Of a stretch of 64,000 nt of DNA, positions 56,171 through 64,000 are shown one piece after another. The stretch is from the sequence record NC_048792.1; one strand, given 5' to 3'. The number at the start of each line of letters is the position of its first letter. Position 1 is the first letter of the stretch. The notes under the pieces were generated by a model that saw nothing but the letters and a program-made list of their open reading frames with translations, searched no databases and was not told where the DNA came from. The position numbers and the translations under genes are program-made.

Positions 56171-58246
56171 ATGGCCGATAAATCACCAGTTAAAATATCT
56201 CAGTTACCCGAGCCTACCGGGACTGGGATTAACGATAGCGACATCTTCGCGGCATCCCGTATAACGGGAGCAGATAAGTTAGAGACTCAACGTATCACTG
56301 TCAGCGAATTGCGTAAGCTGATGGATTACGGTAATGCATTCTCTGACTTGAACGCAGCTATTGCAGCAACCGTTAAAGATCAACAGTTTTACGTATTCGT
56401 TGATGACTCGAAAGAGTTCGTTTACCGTTACGTGAACATGGGCGGAATTGCTTCCCCAGTTTTAAGTGCCGATGGTACACCTGTTAAAGAACCAACTAAA
56501 AACTTACTGCGTAATCTTGGCGATATTAAAAGTCAAGATGGTTTCGGTTTAGTTGGGGCAGTGACCTCTTTCGATGCCCTGCGTAAGTTAACACCTCGTG
56601 CTGCCGGCTGGCGAGTCTATCTTGCAGGTTATTACGAAGGGACTACTTTAGGTTCCGGATTCTTCGTTTCTAAATCTGGTGTAGCTACTGATGACCAAGG
56701 TGTCATTGCCGTTGTTAACGGTAGCTATTATTGGGAACGTGTACTGGAAACTAACGAAAGTATCCCAATGGATTATTACGGTATCCGTCCTGGTGATGAT
56801 ATTTCCGATAAACTCAACTTTGCAGTTATTGCAGCTAAAGTTCGGAATATCGTAGATATCTCTTTGCCAGGGACACCTTTCGACAAACCATTCATCCTTT
56901 CTAAAAAAGTAGATATCGATCTCACCGATGGAAAGGTCATCTTTATTAAAGGTGCATGTAACAAGATCGGTACAATCATTCAACATAGGTTCGATGGAAC
57001 CGCATTCTATTTCCACCGCAACCATGTGTCCAGTAAGAACTTCTGGAACACTGGCGGTATTGAGAATGTTACAATCACCTGCCATACTGACTATCAACAG
57101 ACAGCAACTGCGGCTGCAATCCAGATTTCAGATACCTGGGGCTTTATTGTAAACCGTGTTCGTATCCTTAACTTCAAAGCCGGCAACGGTATCGTCGTTA
57201 AGAATGAGACAGCATGGACTGAAGGGACTAAGATCACCGACGTCGATATTCGAGCCACTCAAAACGGCGTGCTGTTTACCAGGGATGTAACCAACGATAA
57301 GAACACCAACTCGTTCTTCGGTACTTACTTCAATCAATATAGTTTCCAGGCCGGTACTGGTAAGGCTGGGACTTCAGCTATTCGCGTAGGTGACGCAGCT
57401 ACCGATGCCGCTAACAAAACTTGTGTCCTCTACGGTTCTGAAATTCAGTTCCGCTATTGGGCAGAAGGTGGCGGCGCTAACTTCGGACTGATGGTTTCTA
57501 GTAGTGGCCAGGTTACATCAGGCAACACGCTAATTATCCCAGATGGCGTTGGGCTAAGTGCTAATGATACTATCACCGCTACTCCGCTTAAATGTATCGC
57601 AGTACGTGGTAATGGGACCTACCTGAACAACACGACAATCGAACCTTACCAGGGGAGAATGAACTGCTTCAAGGTTAAGGATATTAACTTTGCACTGGAA
57701 GCTCTGCTCAGTTTTGAGAAAGGCGTCGGCGTCAACAGTACCTTGTTCAAAGGCCGTCCAGTTATCGATCCTAAAGGCCTGCGGTTCTATACCTACCAAG
57801 AGTTCACCGGGGATGAAATCAAAGATGGATTCTCAGTTGGGATGACTAACCTTCCGGTAGGTACTCGTCTACGTGTTGTGTTACGCTACTCTACTACCGA
57901 CAATGATGATAACAGCCGTATATCTTCGTACATCGTTTCTGTTGGTGGTGCTGGTATGTTCACTACAGTAGCTCCGGAGAATATCGCTATTCTTAATAAT
58001 GTCACAACGACTAAGTCAGCAGTTAGTGGGACGGATGTTGTTACTGATGTAGGGATTAACGATGGGCGTTCACGCCTTAACGATTGGGTGGATACTGCGA
58101 CAAGTCCACGCGTCGTTAACGGTAACGCAACGCAGACTAACAAAGACGGCTACGGAACCAACGCACGTAACTTCCGCATCGTTGTACCAGCTAACCCGGC
58201 TGCTACAGCTACCCTGAAACTGGGTGTTGAAGTGGAATTCATTTAA
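56171..58246 (+). CDS. Tailspike/depolymerase 4
   Basis: 691 aa. KISQLP anchor, GSGFF..DDQG..YWER, DYYGIRPGD, beta-helix-like body. Confidence 0.85.
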   Translation: MADKSPVKISQLPEPTGTGINDSDIFAASRITGADKLETQRITVSELRKLMDYGNAFSDLNAAIAATVKDQQFYVFVDDSKEFVYRYVNMGGIASPVLSADGTPVKEPTKNLLRNLGDIKSQDGFGLVGAVTSFDALRKLTPRAAGWRVYLAGYYEGTTLGSGFFVSKSGVATDDQGVIAVVNGSYYWERVLETNESIPMDYYGIRPGDDISDKLNFAVIAAKVRNIVDISLPGTPFDKPFILSKKVDIDLTDGKVIFIKGACNKIGTIIQHRFDGTAFYFHRNHVSSKNFWNTGGIENVTITCHTDYQQTATAAAIQISDTWGFIVNRVRILNFKAGNGIVVKNETAWTEGTKITDVDIRATQNGVLFTRDVTNDKNTNSFFGTYFNQYSFQAGTGKAGTSAIRVGDAATDAANKTCVLYGSEIQFRYWAEGGGANFGLMVSSSGQVTSGNTLIIPDGVGLSANDTITATPLKCIAVRGNGTYLNNTTIEPYQGRMNCFKVKDINFALEALLSFEKGVGVNSTLFKGRPVIDPKGLRFYTYQEFTGDEIKDGFSVGMTNLPVGTRLRVVLRYSTTDNDDNSRISSYIVSVGGAGMFTTVAPENIAILNNVTTTKSAVSGTDVVTDVGINDGRSRLNDWVDTATSPRVVNGNATQTNKDGYGTNARNFRIVVPANPAATATLKLGVEVEFI

Positions 58247-58254
58247 TAAAACCA

Positions 58255-58296
58255 GAGGAGGGGAAACCCTCCTCTTTTATTTTGGGTTCCTATGAA
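58255..58296 (+). promoter_or_regulatory. Terminator hairpin plus TTCCTATGAA putative late promoter
   Basis: GAGGAGGG-GAAA-CCCTCCTC then TTTTATTTT; TTCCTATGAA at 58287-58296. Confidence 0.6.
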
Positions 58297-58326
58297 TATT
58301 TACACAATATCATGAGGCTTACGTCC

Positions 58327-61300
58327 ATGTCAGATAACGATTTACAATTGCGCATTACCGAGTTGCCGAAGTTAGACCACTTCGACTCCAACTCTGTTCT
58401 CCCTGCGGTAGGGCGTAGTCAAGGCGCTAAAATGACAGGTAAAGTTAACTTCCGTGAAATGCGGAGTTACTTCGATTTGTCAAACGCCTACGAAACTATT
58501 AAGGACGGTGTCGATGCCACTAAGCTAGGTGATACGTTCTTCGTCTACTCTGATGGCACCAAAGTATTCGCCAACGAATACCAGAACATCGGTGGTGCCG
58601 CTACCCCAATCCAAGATCCCAAAGAAGGGGTCATCTATTACCCAACGCGTATGGGTATTGTAGGTAGTCTGGCTGCCGGTGCTACCGTAGGTAGCTTTGA
58701 TGAACTCCGTAACACTCGCCCGTTAAAAGAGGGCGTTAGCATTTATCTCAGTAGCTATTATAAAGGCCTTAATAAAGGTGGCGGTGAGTTTATTGGTTAT
58801 TACGGTAAACGTGCCGACGATGGCGGCATGGTAGCCGGTGACGGGAATAACTACTACTGGGTACGTAACGCTAACTTCGTCACTCCGGAAATGTTTGGTG
58901 CTTACGGTGCCCCTGAAAAAGATGACTCCGCTGCTATAGAAGGGGCACTGAACTCAGGATTAGATGTCCAGTTCGACGGTAGCGCTACTTATATCGTCAA
59001 CCGTACTCTTGTCCTGAAGTCAATCAAGTGGCAACAGTTCATCGACGGTAACGGAGCTTGGATCAAGTATTCCGATAAATCCCGTGGGTTTATTAACGAG
59101 ATTGACGCCAATGGTGTTACTCAGCGTTACACGAAGTTCCGTAGCTTCTTCAACTTAAATCTCCAGGGCCCTGCTACCAAGAACTCTAAGTGGAACGACG
59201 TTAACCAGTGCGATGCTCTCTGCATTAGCTACGGTGTAGTTGAAAACTGTAACTTCTACGGCTGGTCTAACGCCCTGCGTGGTTTCGGTGAAGCCTACGT
59301 AAACAACTGCTTTGGCGACGACCTTCGTACAGCAATGTTCTCTTGCTACGATCCAGGGTATAACGAAATCATTAACAGCTCGGTTGGTTGGTGTTCTGGT
59401 GACGCGATCATCCTTAAAGGCGGTTCAGGTAAAGCTCACAACGTCGATATCGTCTACGCAGGATGTATTGACAAAAACAACGAAGACGGCGCTACGGCTC
59501 TCCCAGGTTGTATCGTGTCATGTGGCGCAGATGGAGCCGGATCTCAAAACATCCAGATCTCCAACATCAGCTGCCAATACTTCGGTTGTGCCGGTCTGAA
59601 CATCCAAGGTGACGGCGTAACGGTTTCAGGTGACATGAACCTAGGCTCTATCTACGAAGATAACTTCCAGTATGCTAACCAAGCGGCTGCTTTGTGGATC
59701 GGCGCTAAGAACTTCACCATCGGTAACTTGCACTTTAACAAAGTACACGTTGGTGTAGGGATCAACGGTAACTGCGCGAATGGTTCGATTGGTAAGATTC
59801 GGATCATGAGCAAAACCAACCTGGCAGGATCTACTCTGTTCTCGGCAACAGATGGCCCTAACTCCCAGATCACCAAAGTTATCGTGGACGCAATTGACTT
59901 CCTCGGCGCCTCTACGATTAACAACGACGTTTACATCAACACCGATGGTCTGTATCTGAAATCGTTCTATATCCAATCCTTGAACAACCTTCAAGGCGGT
60001 TATACGGTTTCTCTGCGTAAGAACGCCCGTATTGGTAAAATGATTCTGGCGGCTACGACTTCAGCAAGTACAAGTCCGGTAATGCTCATCGAGAGCGATT
60101 CTGTCATCGATGAACTGGAGTTCCGTCGTAACTTCGGTACCGCATTGGTAGTTGAGAATAATGCTCGCCCGGCGATCAAGCGTCTTTCCTTCCAGTACAA
60201 ACAAGGTATTGCTGCACCGTTCATTATTAAAGGTGACGGTACCATGACCTTGAACTGGGGTGACGTCGATATGTTCGGTCCGAGTGTGGCTCGTCCTCAG
60301 ATCGCTGGTAAGCTCGTAATGAACTCTTACCAAGGCCCTACGTTCCGTCCGTTTGATGCAGCCGTATATGCAGGCGTTTCTGTACCTAATCGCGTGTTCC
60401 AGGGTATAGAAGAAATGCGTATGGTAGGTCCGTCCAAAGAAGGTGACACCGCTTACCTTTCTGGTTATTACCTTAACAGTACCAGTACATTAGGTAGCGG
60501 TACTTTCATCGGACACATTGGCGCTGCTCCTGTGGCAGACGACAAAGGTTGTTTGATCGTAGGTAACGGTTACTGGTGGGAACGTATCGTGGCTGGCCCT
60601 CTGGATGTATTCATGTTCGGGGCTAAAGGCGACTTTAACGTAACCACCCAATCTGGTACGGATGACTCGGATTCATTCATCAGCACTATTGCCGCTGCCA
60701 TTCGTTTAAACTACCGTGACGTATTGGTCCCTGCCGGTTACAACTACTACCTGACTAAAACCATCAACCCAGGTGGTGTAGGTTATCGCGGTAATAAAGG
60801 CGTTGCTATCCGCGGCGGGTCTACCGCCAACACGAATATCTTCTTCAACCCAGCTACCAATGGAACTGCATGTTTTGAGATTCTCGGTGGTTCAGGTATT
60901 CACTCAGGACGCGAAGTTTCTGGTTTTACGATTCAGCCCGTTAACAGTAAACTTTACACTGGTGTTGGTATTCGTTACGCCGGCTGTTGCTTCGTAAGGC
61001 CTGCTAACTTCAATATCATCATGAAGTTCGATATAGCACTTCACTTACTGAACGACCAAGGCCCAGGGGTATTTACCGAATACAACAACTTCTTTAACTG
61101 GCGTCTGCACCGTTCACACGTTGATGTCCTGTTCGAAGTTAACGGTGGCGATAACTCGTTCCACGGTAACAGCTTCTACGAAAGTCAGATTCAGGTTAAA
61201 ACGAATCAGAACTTGGGTGACGGTAACACCGACGTAGGTATCGGTATTGAGTTAAGGGGCGTAACCGCACCAGCATACTGGTACGATGCTAAGGTATTTG

Positions 61301-62370
61301 TTGATATCTTCGGCGGCCCAGGTGCTATCGGGATGAAACTTACCCGTGCTAACACTGACCACTTGATCGGAGGTATCAATGGCGAAGGTGATTTGATCTT
61401 CCAGAGCACCGATACCTCTGCTTTCGAGTTGGCGGGTGATCTGCGCAGTATTGGTAAGGTAACCTGGGATGTGGCCGCCGAACCAACCACGGGTCGAGCT
61501 GCTGTCTACATCTTCAATAACCGAATCAGTAACGAATCCAACTTCACCTCCCCACGGATGAATGGACTTAGTCCGAGACTTTTGAATCCTTCTCTGGCCG
61601 ATAGAACGGACAACGGGTCAGTTCCTGCTATATTCCGTGCAACTAAGTTAGACTATGACAGTATCTGTAACGCGGTGATTGGGTTGGCAAATAACCGCCA
61701 CCTTTGGGGTTATATTCCACCTAACGGTAACCTGCAGAGTTTCGTACCTGGCGCAGCGCTATCGTTCGATGGCACCTCGTTTACTAGCTACAGTGATTCG
61801 TTTATTATCGGGACCCAGAACAGAACCTTCTCCATTAATGGCACTGCTCTGTTCCCGTCTACTACAGGTAGCTTAACCCTTGGTCAGTCTCAATATCGCT
61901 GGAGTAGTATCTACCTCAATAACTTCGACATTGATTCAAATGGGATTAACCCGGTAGTAACTAATGCGATGTCAATTGGTAGTACGAGTAAGATCTTCAA
62001 GGATATCTATCTCCAAAATGCTCCAACTGTTGTTTCCGATGAAAAGGATAAGGATGAAGTTTCCGAAATCCCTCCTGAGGTTATTGCTGCATGGGGTAAA
62101 ATAAACTTCTCTCAATGGAAAATGAAAACGGCCATTGACGAGAAGGGAGAGAAAGCCAGATTGCACGTTGGTGTAATCGCGCAAGATATACAGAAGGCTT
62201 TCCAGGAAGCTAATTTGGATGCCACGGATTACGGTATCTTAATTATCGAGAAAGACGAAGACGAGAACGAACAATGGATGGTTCGCATGGATGAGTGCCT
62301 TGTACTAGAGGCCGCTTACCAGCGTAGTCGTTTGGATGAGATTGAGAAATTACTTAAAGGTAAGAAATAG
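58327..62370 (+). CDS. Tailspike 5: two tandem depolymerase modules plus a C-terminal S74-type intramolecular chaperone
   Basis: ATG at 58327 (RBS GAGG). The DDG..W-R..FGA module occurs twice. C-terminus VSDEKDK..ARLHVGVIAQD..YGIL..VRMDECL followed by a coiled coil. Confidence 0.85.
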   Translation: MSDNDLQLRITELPKLDHFDSNSVLPAVGRSQGAKMTGKVNFREMRSYFDLSNAYETIKDGVDATKLGDTFFVYSDGTKVFANEYQNIGGAATPIQDPKEGVIYYPTRMGIVGSLAAGATVGSFDELRNTRPLKEGVSIYLSSYYKGLNKGGGEFIGYYGKRADDGGMVAGDGNNYYWVRNANFVTPEMFGAYGAPEKDDSAAIEGALNSGLDVQFDGSATYIVNRTLVLKSIKWQQFIDGNGAWIKYSDKSRGFINEIDANGVTQRYTKFRSFFNLNLQGPATKNSKWNDVNQCDALCISYGVVENCNFYGWSNALRGFGEAYVNNCFGDDLRTAMFSCYDPGYNEIINSSVGWCSGDAIILKGGSGKAHNVDIVYAGCIDKNNEDGATALPGCIVSCGADGAGSQNIQISNISCQYFGCAGLNIQGDGVTVSGDMNLGSIYEDNFQYANQAAALWIGAKNFTIGNLHFNKVHVGVGINGNCANGSIGKIRIMSKTNLAGSTLFSATDGPNSQITKVIVDAIDFLGASTINNDVYINTDGLYLKSFYIQSLNNLQGGYTVSLRKNARIGKMILAATTSASTSPVMLIESDSVIDELEFRRNFGTALVVENNARPAIKRLSFQYKQGIAAPFIIKGDGTMTLNWGDVDMFGPSVARPQIAGKLVMNSYQGPTFRPFDAAVYAGVSVPNRVFQGIEEMRMVGPSKEGDTAYLSGYYLNSTSTLGSGTFIGHIGAAPVADDKGCLIVGNGYWWERIVAGPLDVFMFGAKGDFNVTTQSGTDDSDSFISTIAAAIRLNYRDVLVPAGYNYYLTKTINPGGVGYRGNKGVAIRGGSTANTNIFFNPATNGTACFEILGGSGIHSGREVSGFTIQPVNSKLYTGVGIRYAGCCFVRPANFNIIMKFDIALHLLNDQGPGVFTEYNNFFNWRLHRSHVDVLFEVNGGDNSFHGNSFYESQIQVKTNQNLGDGNTDVGIGIELRGVTAPAYWYDAKVFVDIFGGPGAIGMKLTRANTDHLIGGINGEGDLIFQSTDTSAFELAGDLRSIGKVTWDVAAEPTTGRAAVYIFNNRISNESNFTSPRMNGLSPRLLNPSLADRTDNGSVPAIFRATKLDYDSICNAVIGLANNRHLWGYIPPNGNLQSFVPGAALSFDGTSFTSYSDSFIIGTQNRTFSINGTALFPSTTGSLTLGQSQYRWSSIYLNNFDIDSNGINPVVTNAMSIGSTSKIFKDIYLQNAPTVVSDEKDKDEVSEIPPEVIAAWGKINFSQWKMKTAIDEKGEKARLHVGVIAQDIQKAFQEANLDATDYGILIIEKDEDENEQWMVRMDECLVLEAAYQRSRLDEIEKLLKGKK

Positions 62371-62377
62371 ACATAGC

Positions 62378-62415
62378 GCGGAGGGGAAACCCTCCGCCTA
62401 TTTTGTTCCTATGAA
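62378..62415 (+). promoter_or_regulatory. Hairpin plus TTCCTATGAA putative late promoter
   Basis: GCGGAGGG-GAAA-CCCTCCGC; TTCCTATGAA at 62406-62415. Confidence 0.6.
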
Positions 62416-62445
62416 ACATTACTCTCTTATACTAGGTGCAAACCC

Positions 62446-64000
62446 ATGGCCGATAATTTCAGCGGTATTAAGATTAGTCAGTTAGACGATCCTAATCGTA
62501 TTAACGACAACGATATCATCCCGTTCACTAACGATGACATGGGCGATAAACAAACACGTAAAATAAAGTTAAGTGCCCTACGTGATCAGCTCAATTACGA
62601 TAACGCTTTCCTAACCGTGCAGGAAGGTTTAGCCAACACTATCCCAGGACAGATCTTCCACGTATACGTTGACGACACTCAGTTAGAAGTCTACGCGTAC
62701 CTTAACAGTAATGGTGCAGCAGAGATCGTCCAAGATGCGCAGGGTAATCCTTTTAAAGGACAAACCGCCAAAGCGCTGGACTTCATTCGTGGTGAGTTAG
62801 GACTTACCATGATCGGTCACGTAAGTTCCTTTGCACGACTGCGCGAAATCAAACCTCCTTTCGAAGGTGCTATTGTAGAACTTCTGGGTTGGAACGAGGG
62901 CTCCACTTACGGCGGTGGTCGTTTCCAAGGCAATCTGTCTACGGGAGCTGACGACAACGGTATTGTTGCGGCAGGCGACGGTTTCCACTGGCGTCGCATT
63001 AATGTCGACGAAGGCATTAACCCAGAGTGGTTCGGTTACGTGAATGGTTCAGGTAATGACGTATCCACTACGTTGAAACAAGCCATTGCTCAGGCGGTTA
63101 ACCTGAAACGTCCTGTTGTATTCCGCGATGGGGCTCAAATGAGTCTAGCGGTAGCAGGGATTGAAATTCCAGTAGGCGTTGATCTTACTGTGGCTAACGG
63201 TGGGAGAGCTTACTTTGAAATCACTCACGAAATCGAAACAACCGGACAGTTCCTTGTCAAAAGTAAAAACCGAATCTCCGGACTTGTCTTCAACTACCCG
63301 AAACAAACGAAAGACATCAATGCTAAGCCGATTGTGCGTTACGGACCTATTTTTGTCGGTGCTGGATTTTATTCTTCTTTCACGGGAATAAACGTAGGTA
63401 ACGCATACTACGGATTTAAGATCGGCGGTAATGACGAAGGCTCCGCATCGTACATCACGATGAAAGACATTAACGGCGCCCCTATCTATCGTGGAATTTC
63501 ACTTGACCGCGTTCTGGACATCCCTCGTATTTCTGATATCCATTGGAACTACAACATGTACCTGAACTCCGATCAGGACTACGCACCATCTCTGAAACAG
63601 TGGATCCATGAGAATGGTGAGGCGTTCCATTTTGGTCGTGTTGACTTTGCTGAGGTACAACGTATCTTTGCATTCGGGTACAGTAAAGGTATCTTCCTGA
63701 GAGGTGAGCGTTATGCGGGGAGCGCTGATTCCATTCGCTTCACGGGTTGCGATATGGACATCTGTGTTAACCCTATCTACGCTCAGAACTTTAGTGGTCA
63801 GTTAGTTATTCGTAACGGTAAGTTCACGGGTAACGGTAATAACCTGAATGGGTTGACTGCGCCGGCTAACGGTTGTTTCAACTACTTCCAACGCGTGTCT
63901 CCGTATGCACGAGTCATCTTGGATTCAGTTACCATGAACAACTACGACCGCGATGCTATTCGTACGGGTAACGACACGATCATCAGTAACAGTAAGATCT
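62446..64000 (+). CDS. Tailspike/depolymerase 6, truncated by the window end
   Basis: Not in the ORF track; translated by hand: MADNFSGIKISQLDD..YDNAFLTVQEGLANT..FHVY..GGGRF..ADDNG..HWRR..PEWFG, open to 64000. Confidence 0.88.
   Translation, partial: MADNFSGIKISQLDDPNRINDNDIIPFTNDDMGDKQTRKIKLSALRDQLNYDNAFLTVQEGLANTIPGQIFHVYVDDTQLEVYAYLNSNGAAEIVQDAQGNPFKGQTAKALDFIRGELGLTMIGHVSSFARLREIKPPFEGAIVELLGWNEGSTYGGGRFQGNLSTGADDNGIVAAGDGFHWRRINVDEGINPEWFGYVNGSGNDVSTTLKQAIAQAVNLKRPVVFRDGAQMSLAVAGIEIPVGVDLTVANGGRAYFEITHEIETTGQFLVKSKNRISGLVFNYPKQTKDINAKPIVRYGPIFVGAGFYSSFTGINVGNAYYGFKIGGNDEGSASYITMKDINGAPIYRGISLDRVLDIPRISDIHWNYNMYLNSDQDYAPSLKQWIHENGEAFHFGRVDFAEVQRIFAFGYSKGIFLRGERYAGSADSIRFTGCDMDICVNPIYAQNFSGQLVIRNGKFTGNGNNLNGLTAPANGCFNYFQRVSPYARVILDSVTMNNYDRDAIRTGNDTIISNSKI

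Noticed and set aside
1-64000. Stop-codon recoding or restriction-site avoidance
   Set aside because: Core genes are full length with TAA, TAG and TGA all used as stops. GATC, GAATTC, GGATCC and CCWGG all occur; depletion was not computed.

Overview
The window is part of a phiKZ-like (Chimalliviridae-type) jumbo myophage genome. The large tailspike array suggests an encapsulated enterobacterial host such as Klebsiella; that is inference, not a database match. In order it holds: a His-repeat fibre/baseplate cluster with a small separate tip gene; a gpV-like central spike; an SbcC/Rad50-like ATPase; an early cassette behind a conserved early promoter; virion genes, RNase H and UvsX; the C-terminal virion RNAP beta fragment; two degenerate HNH-HTH genes; the tape measure/lytic transglycosylase; the virion RNAP beta' and beta subunits; the prohead protease; a second early cassette with a multi-hairpin non-coding stretch; and, from 49 kb to the window edge, at least six tailspike/depolymerase genes. 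These six share an N-terminal anchor, and most sit in their own hairpin plus TATG cassette. One tailspike appears to be two depolymerase modules fused in tandem, and another is flanked by identical 35-bp intergenic repeats. phiKZ gene numbers are from recalled resemblance and synteny, not from a search. No tRNA, rRNA or CRISPR array was seen.
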